This document shows positions 11,289 through 25,574 of a stretch of DNA of 64,000 nt, one piece after another. Where the stretch lies: assembly GCA_053919585.1 (NCBI GenBank), contig CM132793.1, one strand, 5' to 3'. Within the stretch, counting starts at the first letter, position 1. The number at the start of each line of letters is the position of its first letter. The position numbers and the translations under genes were made by a program. The notes under the pieces were generated by a model. That model ran no database searches and had not been told where the DNA came from. It was given only the letters and a program-made list of their open reading frames with translations. This stretch comes from Euprymna scolopes. Lineage: Eukaryota.

Positions 11289-14200
11289 CTTGCCACAGAA
11301 AACCGCGGATTTATCGTTCAATGATACAGTAAATCTCTTAGCAGGAAACGTCAATTTTTCATAAGAGATGGAAATTGTTTAATGTTGCCAAAGACGATAT
11401 TGACGACTTTGCCACGAACGCAGCAGTAGTGAAAACACATCGTGATGGGTTTAAGTTGTCTGAATTAACAGCAGACAATGTTAAATGCCTTGTTTTTTTT
11501 GCTCAAGGTTTAACCTCGGGCAAAAATACGGAAAGAAGGTGCCGATTTCTTACGAAGTTAGAAATCGAACCGATATTTACACTGCAAAAATTGTCTGAAG
11601 TTTGTCAAAAAGTGGAAATAATAAAAAAAATATCCAACAAATATCGAAGCAGGAATCGCAAATATAAAAAAAAATAACTTAGAAAAAACCGTTCAGACTG
11701 TACACAGAAAATTACCCCCAAATGTCCGAAAAACCAAGAGCAACAAGTTGTTGCTTCAGATGTGGTGGTAAACACTGGGTCAAGGATTGCCTATTCTTAA
11801 CAAATATGTAATTTAATCGTACAGAAAATCTCTCATTGCATGAAAAATTAGAACAAATGTCGTGTACCTCAAACAATAACTAAGGACGTCGTAGATGAAC
11901 ATCTACGCAAATATGTTCCAACCAAACTTCTCGGCAACTATATTAAATTTCAGTATGAAAGTTGGTCGGATCTTTCAATAATAAATTTACAAACCCTGGA
12001 AGAAATTACGAAAACCGACTATGCTAAAGAAACAGAACGGCGATGGCTTTAATTGTTCCAAAATTAATTTTAATGGTGAAGTAATCACCAACGCCATCTT
12101 GCTGGGGAGAACACCCCTTAAAATGTATGTATTAAAAATACTGAGAACCTGTTCAGTTCCGACAGCATGGATGAGTTTTATATTTGGGATCTTTGTATAC
12201 AAGAACTTTCAAAAATAAATAGAAACCTGTCCAGCGGAAACTGGGAAACGTATAGCTAGTTAAAAAAAAAAGAATTCCCAAATGTATTTACTCCTGGCCT
12301 TGGAAGATGCACAAAAATGGACACGGATTTTAAGGTGACACCCGGCACACAACCGATGATTGAATGAAATAAAAAACGTAATGTCCGTTCGCCTCCATGA
12401 ACAAGATGAATCAGAAACTGGATAGATTGGCTAAAATTGAATATAGTGAGTGGACTGCTCCAGCAGTCTACGTAAAAAAAGGTCCAGGAAAATCCACGTG
12501 TGTACTACCTTCTCGACCGGACGGTAAGGGTCGTTAGAAAACTTTCACTAACCATTATCAAGGCCAGAAGAAATGTTTACGAAATGGCGGCAAGTTTTTG
12601 TCTAAATCGACCTGAGCGACGCTTACTTACAAGTTCCTGTAAACGACAAAAGCGCTAACCTTCTCTGTATTAATACTCATCGGGGTTCGTACACATAGGA
12701 AATGCTCGCGTTTAGGATCAAGGTATCACCCGCGATATTACAGCAAGTCATGGATACTATGCTGAGCGTCCTTGTCAATGATATCGCATATCTAGATAAC
12801 ATCATTATAGCGAGCTGAAGCAGGAATGAACACGCAAACCATCTCAGACAAGTAATCAGTCAAATACAAAATTATAGGTTTACGGTCAAAGACAAGTGTG
12901 AATTTGTTTTACAAAAATCAAGTAGCTAGGACATCTCACTGATAAAGATGGCAGACGCCCAGATCCAGACAGGGCGACCGCCATTATAGAAATGCCGGCA
13001 CCGTAAAATATAGCATAATTACAAAACTTTTTAGGCTTGGCAAAATATTACCAAGGGGTTATGATTAACATTCACAACTTGCGTGCACTACTTAATCAAT
13101 TACTAAAGAAGTCGGCAGCGGATTGCCAGACATCATTGAAAGCAATAAAAGAAATCCTTACTTCAAAACTGTTCCTAGCTAATTTTAACCCGAAGTTAGA
13201 TATAATAGTTGCAAGCGACCCTAGTCAATATGGCGTTTGAGCGTGCATGTCACATAGAATGCCAATCGCATTCGGGCTCTGCTTCCAGCAGAGTAAAATT
13301 ATTCTCAGATCGAGAAACAAGGACTAGGCATTGGATTTTCAGTTTCGAAATTCGTCCGGTTCCTGTATGCAAGCCATTTTTATCTACAAACCAACCATAA
13401 GTATGTTATATCCATTTTTGGATTAAACTGGGGCATCCACATTCACAGCGAAACGAATATTAAGATGAGGAACTATTCTTCTAAATTATAATTTTACAAT
13501 AGAATTTCTCTCCTCAAAAACTCTGGCATATGTAGATCGTTTGTCGAGACTAATTCTTGCCCAAATGGAATCTCTGGAAGACTCAGTAATCGCGGCACTA
13601 CGTATTAATAATGAACTGAACGCCATGATTAATAATATTATCCGCGTACTGCTGGTCTCACTTTAGGAAATTAAGGCAGAATCCGTGAATAACAATTTCA
13701 TCCAAACTAAGCGGAAGTTAACACTGAGCGATACTGTTTCAGGCATTTTTTTCAGTTTGCAACGAAATGCTGCTACGGTGAAGGGGTTGTGATAAAAAAA
13801 TAAACCCTGCAAAAAATGGTTACTCGGGGATTTTCACATAGGGCATCCGGTAATAAACTGGATGAAAAACCTGATGTGAAGCTATTCGAAATGCCCAGAG
13901 GTCTCGAGATGAAAAAAAAATGACCACTGTAACAACGATGACTTTTTTTATTAGAGTTCTTTGCTCGTTTTGGGATTGTTGATTGGTCAGCGACAACGTT
14001 ACCCAGTTTATCTCAGAAGAATTCAGAAAATTCTGCGAGACCTACCAAGTAAAGCATATTACGACCCCCCCCCCAGAATCACACCAGGAGTAACGGCCAT
14101 GTTAATCGCTTCGTCGACACGCATAAAAGGGAGCTAAAAAATGCAGCACACCGACACAAAAGACGTTCCAGCAATTTCTGCAGGTCTATAAAATAACGAA

Positions 14201-14660
14201 CAATCTGTACAAACCAAATGCCAGATCCCGAACTTAAATCATGTTTGCGTGGAGAATAAAAGCAGTATTTGTATAAACTACTGCGCAAATATATAATAAA
14301 ATACATAATCTCTATAATGCCAACAAAACGGTTTCACCGCGGGGATTAAATATATTTCAAACATTATAAGAATAACGTTCCATTTGTTGAACAGGGCACG
14401 AGCTTACGAAAAGTCAGCCATGTTACATACATTATTAAGGCCCCTCAATTCGAACATAAGAGCAACCTGAACCAAATAATGAAACGCATCTCTGAGGATC
14501 AAAAATAACCACCGCAGGAAGGCAATTGATACCGTATATGACTGTTTTGACGTGGAACCTCAAAAAGGCATACCAGAACAAAGACGCTCCGGCAGAAAAA
14601 TGAAGCACACAGACCCCTTGCTGGCCTGCCCCCAAAAGAAAATATATTGATTTCACACCC
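11289..14660 (+). pseudogene. Gypsy gag (C-terminal part) and pol (PR-RT-RH-IN) pseudogene
   Basis: Motifs listed for the element, interrupted by many stops and frameshifts. ORFs 11375-11677 and 13037-13240 are fragments of it; the gag N-terminal part lies at ~6100-6645, before the hAT. Confidence 0.85.
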
Positions 14661-14682
14661 GGAAAAATCAGCGTGGGAGGGG

Positions 14683-14901
14683 GGATGCGGGGGAACAAGC
14701 CTCCAAATGGATTAAGTCATCGTTCATATAAAATAACTCATGGCGTTCCCGGGGAATAATCTAATTCCAGAGCGACCATCGCATTCCCGGTGAATTACCA
14801 ACACTTTACGTGTGTAAACATTCCGATGTTTTCATGTAATTTATGTTTTAAACTGTCATCCGTTGTTCTGTTCTTCTTGTGGCTATTTGCGAGCCATAAC
14901 G
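14683..14901 (+). repeat. 3' LTR of Gypsy element 1
   Basis: Follows the polypurine tract, aligns with 5373-5586 (many substitutions), ends CCATAACG and is followed by TSD CTATG. Confidence 0.85.
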
Positions 14902-17900
14902 CTATGTTATTTTCGGTCTTCTTTATAGTAGACGTAAGTTTTCCAATATGTAACCTTTCACAGTTTACGTTGAAAATATCTTCATAGTGCCTAAAAATAG
15001 CTCGAATGCTTTGTTATCTTATATATATATATATTAAAATGTGTTAACCGAGTTGTAGATTGCATATTGGGAATAAATCGCCGTATTTTGTAGAGATTTT
15101 AGAGCCACTTAATAAATATTCAAGCACTTTTTCAGAATGTGCTTGCTTACTTTTCGGAATAGTAAGTTGTTGGAATTTCAGTGGTCTAACACCATAAACA
15201 AATGTTGCTGAATTTCCTGTTTTTTTTTTTTTGGTGGAGCAACTGCCATTATTTTAAACTTTCGTAGATCAACGGAGCTTTTGCATTTCAGCGATCTTTT
15301 TTTTAATGTTCGATATTTGTGTAGGAAAATGTGGCAGTAGATTTTTTACCTTTGGCAAAAAGAGTGAACAAGGCACAACCAACGAAGAAAATGATAGCAA
15401 ATCACTCTTTATTTGAAACTTGGGCAGTATGTTTTGTTTTGCGAACAAAAGAAAAGTGGACAGACAATTCGTAAAAATAAACAACTTACGCTTTCGTTGA
15501 ATTTGAGATACCGTTGTTCCGTCAATTTTAATGTATTCATGTAATTTTGTTTAAAGACTAATAATTTTTTTGTTAGCCAAAATTATTTTAGGCAAGGAGA
15601 AATGAAAGTAATTTGTGGTAGAGGCCCCACGGTTTATTGCTAATGCGTTTGCAAGTAAGCAGGGTTTTTTCTAGAATCCCTTTGGGTATTTCTTGATAAT
15701 GAAATACAATCTTTTAAACGTGTGGGCAAGAGAGAAAAAATATCCTTCAGAGAAAAAAAAAGCTTGATATTTTGTTTTTGAATGGTTTGAGTCAGAACTT
15801 GTTTTTTTAAAGGAAATAATTCGCCTCGGTAAAGTTGAGGGAACAATAAAATGCTATGCACGATATTTTAGTAGCTTCAACGTTTGCTCTTGAAATTTTC
15901 AGTTTGTTTGATTTTTAACAACCGAGTTTTTGTTTTCTCTACGGAATCGTCCTCAACTCTTTTGTAGACATTTATATTGATTGGACTTACTTTAAATAAT
16001 CTTAACTTGGTCGTTGGTGTCGAATCGCTAGTACGTGATATATTTTGATAACCGGTATAATATTTTGTATGCAACCGTTATGTAGTAATGCCGGGTTAAT
16101 TTCTCGTTCAGTACTGCTGTGTTATTTAAAGCATAATTTATCGTTACTGATAGTTAGAGACGAAATTCTTCAGGAAATGTTCAAATCTTCTTCTGCTATT
16201 AATGTGGGACTTATTCCGCATTTGGGTTTCGGTGTGAGTGCGTTATATCTAATGCTTAAGTCCCCACTGATGTGGACCCAATTTGGGAATCACTGAAGAA
16301 AATCACAGAACATGTACTAGATGTAAGAAAGAGATAGTAACATAAAAGTTTACAAGTGTAGGATTAAGGGTAAGGGGAGCTTACTACCTGGGGGTGTTCA
16401 ATAAGAGTAGTGGTACTGCGCTACGAATTAATAGTACTCTTGATGATTCGAACGTATTACGATAGTTCCCCCTGAAAGTGTTATCTCACATCATAATATA
16501 GCCCTGGAAAATCTATGATTCAGGAAAGTTTCGGTTTCAAAACAATATTGTAGTATGCCAAAATAAAAACAAGAAAATCAAGAAGTATCTTTTCTAACAG
16601 AACAATTTTTGAAAAGGTGTTATATACATCAAATCTCACGAAATTTACTCATCACTAATTATGAGGTTCCAAAGCAGTTTTAATTGTATTTTCGTCGGTT
16701 TATAAAAACACATTTTGGATATTTAATGGTGAAATCACGCTATGGAAAATGAACTAAAACGAAAATTTAAAAAAAAAATGTGCAGGTATCCTTTTTTTTC
16801 GCATATTATTTTCGTCAAATAGTATGCAAATCTTTTATATTAAACTAAAACCTGTTCTACAACCATCATATCCTGAGTAACTTGATGATTTATTTAATGA
16901 ACACATTTAACAGCATTAATAGACAAGTGTATTTTGGAAACATGAAATAAAATGATCTAGTTTTAATATGAAAGAATGTGATAATACAAATGACAAAAAA
17001 GTATTAAGAAGCAGCCAAATATGTTATATGTGAACCTGTATTCAAGACATTGTTGTTTGTGCTACACAATATGAAGTCTAATTAATTTTACCGAGAATGA
17101 GAATGTTTTCTGATATTAACTTTTCTCATAAAACATTACATTTACTCACACGCGTGCATCTAAAGGTAAAATGAGGAAGAAAATGTAACTCAACGCATTT
17201 AGATAAACATGGAAATAAACATNNNNNNNNNNNNNNNNNNNNNNNNNNNNNNNNNNNNNNNNNNNNNNNNNNNNNNNNNNNNNNNNNNNNNNNNNNNNNN
17301 NNNNNNNNNNNNNNNNNNNNNNNNNNNNNNNNNNNNNNNNNNNNNNNNNNNNNNNNNNNNNNNNNNNNNNNNNNNNNNNNNNNNNNNNNNNNNNNNNNNN
17401 NNNNNNNNNNNNNNNNNNNATTTAAAAGCAATATTGTCAGTTCTGGAATAAAATTAAGAGCTGTTAAAAATGGAAATTAAATCTAAATAAAAAATAAATG
17501 AAATAGAAGAAAACAAGAACGAGGAATAAATATGGCTGAGGTAAACGGTTTGAGGAACAGGTGATCTTTTAGGAAAAATGTAAGATGGGAATCGTATTAT
17601 ATAGGTTGAGAGTAATATTCAACCTAAAGGAGTAGACGACGGGGAAATTATATAAAAAATGATAACTACGCCAAGACAGACATAAGAAAGAGAAATATTT
17701 ATGAATTGTGATTGTTGTTGGGGGAAAGGAATATCCAACACGAGATAAACAGACATGTAGCAAAATATGTTTAGGCAAGAATACAAGGAAAGGAATATAT
17801 TACCAATAATTGTGAGAATAATACAGGAAAATAAAAATAAAGTAACTTTGGATAATTTATGTCTCCAAGCTATTGCATTCGTTTATATAATATGTCCAAT

Positions 17901-18025
17901 CATTTCATTTGCATATACAGATCTCGAAAAATTGAAGGTATACATTTGTCAAGACAGCGGTAAAACTAATTTTGAGAATAATGTCGATTCATCAGTTAAT
18001 TTTGTACTTTGAGGGTCATTACGTA

Positions 18026-19246
18026 CGAGGAGCGTACAATAAGTAATGCCCCTGACCCACTTCCATTTATCTGATTTAGCTGATATTTTTCATGTACAAT
18101 AATTTATATCTCTACGAGTTATGTGGCGAATTACAGCTCTGAACTAACTGTGGTTTCTGTTTTACAGGTGTTTGAACTGAGCCAGGTTTGAAATGGAGCA
18201 TGTTGAATGTCGAACAGTGATCCGGTTTTTGTATTTGAAAGGACGCACACCACAGGAGACTTTTGATGAAATTAAAGAAACTTATGGTGATGATTCCCCG
18301 TCATATGACCTCGTAAAACGCTCGCATCGTGAATTCAAACATGGAAGGGAGTCTGTGGAAACAGCTTCCAGACCTGGCCCCCCCCTCTGCCATTGATGAG
18401 GCATCTGTCCGTCAAGTTGAGACTGCCATTTTGGAAGATCGGCGCAGTACTATTCGCCAAATAGCCCAAGATGTCAAAATTAGTACAGGATTTGTAGAAA
18501 CTATCATTCATGACCATATACATATGCGTAAGGCGTCTGCCAGATAAGTTCCCAGGTTGTTCACACCATTCCAGAGGAGAGAACGCGTCGAGTGCTCGAG
18601 GATGAATTTGGAGATGTGCCGAGAAGATGAATCAAAGTTTTTCAAAAGACTGATTTCACAGGATGAAACCTGGGTCCGTCACAGAGACCAAAGTAGAGTC
18701 AATGCAGTCGGAGCACTTGGACTTACAACCTCCACAGAAGGCAAGGGGCATCCCTCCGCTGGCAAGGTCATGCCCACAGTTTTCTGGGACCAGGACGAAG
18801 TAGTGATGACAGAATTCCTGGTAAAGGGTACCACAATTACAGGGGCCTATTATGCTTCGCTTTTGAAGAAATTAAGGGAATCTATCAAAATCAAGAGGCG
18901 GGGCAAAGGTACTTTCTTCCTGCAGGACAACGATCCGGCCCACAACTAGCATGTACCCAGATCAGAAGCACGGACGTGTGGTTATGAACTCCTCCCCCAT
19001 CTCTTCTCAGGCATGAAGTTGTTTTTGAAAGGAAAGTGTTTCCCAGATGATGCAGCCTTGATTTCTGAAGTCACGTCGTGTTTGGAGAACCAACCAAAAA
19101 TGTCCTCCAGAGTTGCCTCAAGCGATGGGAGAAGTGCATAACTCTGGGTGGTTCCTATGTGGAGAAAGTCTAATAAATGTGCCAAGTGTCGTTACTCTAC
19201 TTCTATGGGAAGTGGGTCAGAGAAATTACTTATTGCACACCCCTCG
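18026..19246 (+). mobile_element. Decayed mariner transposon (irritans/Bytmar-like)
   Basis: Imperfect ~38-bp TIRs (CGAGGAGCGTACAATAAGTAAT...CTGACCCACTTCC and its reverse complement) flanked by TA (18024-25, 19247-48). Confidence 0.92.
18193..19175 (+). pseudogene. Mariner transposase pseudogene
   Basis: MEHVECRTVIRFLYLKG HTH start, ILEDRR, SQDETWV, VFWD and LQDNDPAH; frameshifts, stops, and deletion of the YSPDLAPSD region. Confidence 0.9.
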
Positions 19247-19329
19247 TATAAAGACCAGAAAGCTATCCATGAATAAAAATGGTGTGTTAGCTAGATAGTA
19301 AAACAAGCTAAGCCACCGTAAAAACAAAT

Positions 19330-20830
19330 GTGGGGGTTAGATTATCTAAATGTCCTACTCGATATGATCTTATTTACTACAGCAATTTAAGAATACTGTT
19401 TTATAGTCAGCCGGTAAATAGTGGAGTATTATTGCTTTCAACAGATCGGCCGTTCTAGGGATGAAATTCCGCGCTTGGATTGCTGGTATAGTTTTGTTCA
19501 CAGGTATGGAGTTAGGAAAGTTGGCGATTGGTTCAACTACTTGGGCATATGAAGTGAGCGTTTTACAGGAAGGAACCATTAATTGGAGCTCAGTCGCACA
19601 TTTACTATTAAAGTATTGATGAAGCATCCACCGTTCACTAAATATTCAATGCTTATTAAGCTGTAATAAGTAGATGCTATATATATTTAAGTTGGGCCCC
19701 GATATTGCAACATTCCGTATTTTAATATTGTACAGGAACAAGATTGCGTCTAAAGTGAAATATTTCCTAGCAGAGAGAGAGATACCACTATCGTTCCAGT
19801 GATATTTGCCAACGTATCTGATTTAGATAAAGGTTAGTTCCAGAAGTTTGTTGAAGCTGGGCGTCTCATCGATGTAATATATAACATTTCAATTGGGGCA
19901 AAGTTTGTATTTGAGTGTTAAAAAATTAAAAAAAACATTCTGCATGTATTAAAAGTAATTAGCCGTTTTTATCTCTAGGTCGGACAGAAAGGAATTTGCA
20001 AGATCCTTATTTTTAATCGCTTTTAAAGTGTTGACATGGATTGTAGTATCATCTGCATAGATGATTACAAATGAACGAAGACGCGAAGTTTGGCTCAGGA
20101 TACATCTATGAGTCCTCCAGCATTATTACTGGGAAACTGATATTTATGCCCATTAACGACCACTTGAAAACACTTTTCAGAGAAAATGGATTTAATGGTC
20201 GAAAGTATGCTTTCAGCTATTCCGTACTTGAAAATCCTATAAAGTATACACTTATGCTGGGTCATATCAAATGTCTTTGATATGTCAAAAGCTACTGCTC
20301 GAGACAATTACATCGTCAGTTGATTTCTCAGAAGGGAAACTATATTTCATGCCCCTGCATAAGATGGTTTTCTGAGGCGGTGGAGAACTTCTCTGTCAAG
20401 ATTGTCGAAGGTGTCGGAAAACATCTTCCTTTAATTAAGCGATCGTTAGTATTGAAGAGACCCAGTGGTAGCTTTCAAAGCATAATAAATGAAATGTTAT
20501 CGGCCAAGTTTCTTTGCTCGTATCCACATTCCCGATACAATTGAATAATCTAGCACATATATGTGTGTCGCTTATAGTATTGTCAGTTCTGGGAGAAAAT
20601 CCAGGAGGCTAGGCGGCCATTTTCACATGTGCTTACTTCAATGCGAAGTTTTTTGGCGAAGGGTTTGACCTTGTCGCAGGCTGATGCAATCAACCCAGGA
20701 GGATTGACGACGTTTGAGATGGAAGTCACGCATATATTTAAGGCTCTGTTTGCACCACACTCCGGGGAACCTAGCCTAGGTTAAACTGCGTTGGAATATT
20801 AAGGCAGACGACTTTCTCGCCCTTAGGATA
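19330..20830 (-). mobile_element. Decayed CR1/Jockey-type LINE (RT to 3' end)
   Basis: Minus strand: AVAFDISKTFD...KYGI (ORF 20095-20307), IYADDT (20045-20062), and C-terminal YFNSKCATEL...FIPRTA (ORF 19370-19627). Confidence 0.8.
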
Positions 20831-21341
20831 TATTATTGCAGTGATTGCTAGCAGACCTATATGCAACTTTAATTTCTAGCTATCTGTTATTTTTTCAAGC
20901 AATTCAAATAACGATTTCTAACTCACATTGTAACAACACACTCATAGGCGTAGATCGGTTAGGTATTTTGTGTGATTTAATTTTTTTAGAGTGTGTGTAG
21001 TTATCAATACCAATGGTTAAGAGATTTGTCGGGGGTTTTACTTTACCTGATGTGCACTGACTCTTTTATCAAATCATTGTTCACACATAATCATACTTTC
21101 ATTTATTTCTCATAAATATACCCAAAGTTAACAAATATTACTTAATTGCGATGAAATTTTATATACGTATACGAATATTTTTATCTTCATAATTAAACAT
21201 GTTACAGTCTTTCTTTTGGCATGGGACTTCTATCGCTTTTAGGAGGCTGTTTTTTTAATTTATTTTAGAAATTAATCTCTTTTTAATGTTTCGGTTGTGT
21301 TTAACAGCGTGAGAAATGACCGTCTATATCTCCATATGTTA

Positions 21342-21426
<85 letters not shown>

Positions 21427-23280
21427 GCAATCATTCAGACCCGACATCAGAATATATTTCAATTGTCATCAGTAAATTGTGTTTGCTGCAATTACTGGTT
21501 TCTCGCATGTCGGTGTAATATGAATTTTCTGCACTCTTCTTTTTTACTACCAAGTATAAATGCAGAGTTTATATAGAAAACAGGCAATTTTATTTAAAGC
21601 TAAATATTTCCATGGTAAAATGGCCAATATTTTTTTTTATTATAGACCTTAAATAAATTACTGAAATCACAAGATACGTAGAAGTCGACGAATATCTAAC
21701 TTGCCAAATACAGTAAGAAATACATGATCGCTTTACATATTGTTTTCATTCGTAAACTTGTTCAGTTTTGCTTGAATGAGTCTGTTATGAGTTGGAAAAA
21801 TTGCGTCCCGTTTCGTACCAATTTATGCGGACTCGTTTACGGGCGGTATTTTTTTTTAATTTTCTATTCAACTCTTTTTTTACCACTGCATTGAAAATGT
21901 CCTCTCTGGTGTGACCTTCGGTAGTTTTCTTGCAACGAGGGTTACTCATCTGGATATATCTTTTTTTGGCCTGGTGACAATTTTTACGTGTTGATGCATA
22001 AACCCAAAAAGAAAGGGACGAATGCGTTGTAATGCATCAAAATAGAACACGCATTAATTAACCCCATAACAGTGGCTGACAGGCATAATGTAAAATACTA
22101 CAAGCAACAACAATGACATGCAATTAAATTCTGATGAAATAGAAAGAATGATGACTCTACTGCAGAGATATGAAATGTCCATGCAACCAGATACTGTTTG
22201 TAAAGCGACGTATACAGTGGTGCCTTTCCGATTGCATTATTATGGTATTGTGACGTTTTTTTCCAGCTAAAAACTGCTAACTTGAGGCTAAAAAAAGTAT
22301 CCAAATTACAGTGGCTTATATATGTCCAACAAATTATGTCTTACAGAGTTGCGTTTTAAATATTAACACTCGCAACACAACCTCACACACACATATACAC
22401 ACATATACACACACACGTTGATTCAAAAACTTTACGCGTTGTTTCTTTATGGCAAACTGCAGGAGCAGATAATTATACATTGAACGGGCATAAATGGAGT
22501 GGTCAATTTTAATAAAACCCGCAAAGAGGCACGCTCTAAAAATAAATGTATTGTTTTATTGAATTTCTCCAATGAAATAAACTTCGGAATCAATTTTATA
22601 TGTTTGTTAAGTATTACTAATACATTAAATATTGCAGTGTTAAATGCCTCAATAGAAATATATAATTTATACTGACGACAAAATAACGCATATGCAATAC
22701 GAATTATTAAAAGAGTATATTTAAGGATGTCTGGCGAAAAGGATATATACTATACCTATCTTTTATAGTTGAGATGAATGTGTATATAAGCTATTTGGAA
22801 ATTTCCATGGTGTGTATTTAATGATAACATCTCTAGCGATAGCTAATTCAACAATATACCATAGGAAAGATCATATTCCGACAAGGAGTTGTCTTTCTTT
22901 TTTTTTTTAAATTGCCGTCTTTGGTTTGTTTTTTTTCTTTCTTATTTGTGCACATTTCGCTGATTATTTAACGATATCGACATGTTGTATTTGCAGCAGT
23001 GATAACGTATTAAAAGTTGTTTTAAACGAAGAGTGTGCAGTGTTCATGGGAAATACCCTTAGAAAACCATCGTTGAAATTTCACGTCGGTGTATACCTAT
23101 CTAAATAGTAAAAGTTTATTGAGAAGAAAGTAACGTTACTTTCGGTCATTATTTGGTGATAGGCTTACGAGTTAGTCAGAAGAGATGATAAGCTGGTCAT
23201 GCCAACCGGAACGCGTTTCCCCACTGACTGATTGAGGGTCCAGCGAAAAGAGATAGAAATATACAGAACAGGAAGTGACG

Positions 23281-23640
23281 TGGCTGTCGTCTCTGGTTAC
23301 AATGGTTAAAGGGCGATAAGTATGTTAGCCTGGGAATTTCAATTCCCACACACTTTAAGGAAAATATCACTTTTACAATTAATTTTTCCAAGTACTCTAA
23401 GCACTGCGCCACGGGCCCTTGTATATTACTTAACACCCTTCACCACTCATGGCTGACAGAACAAGACCACGCTAATCCCGTGAAAAAGTAAAGGGTTCCG
23501 GATGAAATCCCGTTTAAATTATCGAGTTCGACAGAAACATTCCCTAGTTCGACAGGATAAACCTGGGGAAAGTCGGAGGTTACATCGGCGTAAAACATTA
23601 TGAAAACCACACCCAAGACAAGAACAGTAGCCCGACGAAT
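23281..23640 (+). mobile_element. Candidate old tRNA-derived SINE with RTE-like tail
   Basis: A-box-like TGGTTACAATGG (23294), degenerate B-box-like GGGAATTTCAATTCCC (23332), and GGAGGTTACATCGGCGTAAAAC (23575) resembling an RTE 5'-UTR-derived SINE body motif. Confidence 0.3.
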
Positions 23641-24020
23641 TCAAATAATACGACTGTTCTTTTTATTGTCAAGTAAATATTATTTAGATTAATGCGCAAG
23701 CTAGTAGCCTTAATATCATAAAATAAAATCCTTTTAAAATAATTAAATAACATTATATTATATAACAGAATATATTCCTAGTTTTTTTAAAAACAACTGA
23801 TTTTACTCGATTTTCAATCGTGAAATAGTTTATTACTTATGATTCGTCTCTGGTTTATAGAAAGCTCGTAAATTATAAATGATTTAATATCAGTGATTCA
23901 GAAAATAATAATAATATTGGTAATTTCACATTCAAGTAAAAATGTGATTAGAAGAACATACCATCACTTCATTAGATACATTTGAAACACTTAGAGATTC
24001 GTACGCGCAATTTCTCAATT

Positions 24021-24350
24021 TTAGGCACCGTAATTTATTAACTCTCGTTTAAGCGTTGTGTAAGAAATGCCCATTGCCAACTCAGGAATGCTGATCATGC
24101 TAATAGCCATCACTCTAAACAATCGACCCCAAGTAAAAGAGATATTGCTCAAAACGACAAGGTACCACAATAAGGGTGACAGAGATGCCCCATGGAAATA
24201 TCTTTTTTCTTCCTGTGCAAATGGAATCACTGAATGATTTAAAACAGCAATTGAAGTACATGTTCCCACATTGAATTTGTGTAGCGAAACCCACTATTCG
24301 CAAAGGTTTATTTCTAATTCCGCAGAAGCTACGGTCCAGAGGCAACATGC
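24021..24350 (-). mobile_element. Non-LTR RT fragment (R1/LOA-like motif)
   Basis: The minus ORF contains RYFHGASLSPLLWYLVV (cf. RGCPQGGVLSPLLWNLVV), followed by a degenerate GYxDD trace. Confidence 0.35.
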
Positions 24351-24789
24351 ATACGGCTTAAGTTCAGTAAAAATAGACAAAAGTTTAGATAAGAGAGAAT
24401 ATACCAAAACCACCAAAAAACGCACTGAACGCAGAAATTAGGAGCTCATGATTCTGAAGAATCTACAACAGTGTTATAAATAATAGACCATGAACAACGT
24501 TCATACGATCTAACAATCATAAGCTTGTTTGCACGGCAATCGAGAAAGGTAACATGCTTGCCCGTCATTTTGCCTCAAACGCTACATTGAACCCAGCAAA
24601 TCACTCTTTCCTTGATTTTTCCTTTGCGGCGGAGACCTCACTGAAAATCATCCGGTATCATAAAAAACGTAGACACCTCAAATGCAAGAGGGCATGATCT
24701 TATACCGACTCTACTATTTAAAAAATGGGCCGCTAAGTTCGATATAGTACTTTCCAAACTTGATTATAAATGCCTTAACGAATATTGCT

Positions 24790-25420
24790 CCTTACTGTTG
24801 GAAAAGTTCGTCCATGGAACCAGCTTACAAGAAGTCTTGCAGAAGAACCGACCCATGAAACCTGATATGGAGAAAATACACCGGGAGCATTGCCAAGGCT
24901 GCTGCGAAGAAGGTGGTCTCTCTCTTTGTCTCTCTCTCTCTCTTGTGCTAGAATGTTACTTACGCGTGAAAGTATCCTGTATCTCTACAAGGCCACTATT
25001 TGCCCCTTCGAGTAGTGTTGTCACATTTAGTCCGGTGCAAGTGCTACTGGTTTTTCCCTCCTAGAAAGTGTGCAAAAAAGAGTCGCCAACCTGACACGTC
25101 CTAAATTGTCATCTAAGTGTTAATCTCTTCCACCTAGGAAAAAATTGTCATCCTTCTGCGTGTACAGCATGTATTTAATAATAAATGCCCAGCCGAACTA
25201 AACGCCATCGTACCCCCTCTACATAAATACCTCAGATAAACCCAACAAGCAGCAAAGTTCCGCTCTTATACAGTAGAGGTTCCTAGATGTCAGAAAAACT
25301 TCTATTCTAATAGTTTATTCCCCAGGACCGCTAGAGTTTTAAATTCTCTTCCGGGTTATAGCTTCGCCAACTGTTCTGACATGTATAACATCAAAAGGGA
25401 TGTGAATAGACATTTTGCTA
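24790..25420 (+). mobile_element. CR1/Jockey-type LINE remnant, 3' end
   Basis: 25120-25415 encodes fragments NNKCPAEL...NSLFPRTARVLNSLP...IKRDVNRH, the same C-terminal motifs as at 19370-19627. The upstream boundary is uncertain. Confidence 0.6.
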
Positions 25421-25574
25421 CTCAACTCCTTACAGAGTATCTCTGCAACTCATGTCTCTTAGAGTTGATCGAATTTCCTTTCATAAGTATCGAAAATAGT
25501 TTACTGAGAATCGAAAAATCTGATTATACAATGGAGAGTCCGATTTAGAAAAATGTTAACACCTTATCAAATTC

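Larger units (their letters stand above)
5373..14901 (+). mobile_element. Decayed Ty3/Gypsy LTR retrotransposon (Mag-like, short LTRs), interrupted by a hAT element
   Basis: 5-bp TSD CTATG at 5368-5372 and 14902-14906; two related ~215-bp LTRs; PPT GGGAGGGGGG at ~14675. Broken gag-pol with CCHC knuckle CFRCGGKHWVKDC (~11752-11790), RT AYLDNIII (~12786-12809), RNase H DIIVASDPSQYGV (~13199-13237) and integrase GHPG (~13841) and VSDNVTQF (~13986). Confidence 0.9.

Noticed and set aside
16385-16405. Mariner TIR-like GGGGTGTTCAATAAG
   Set aside because: Isolated, with no partner end or transposase nearby.
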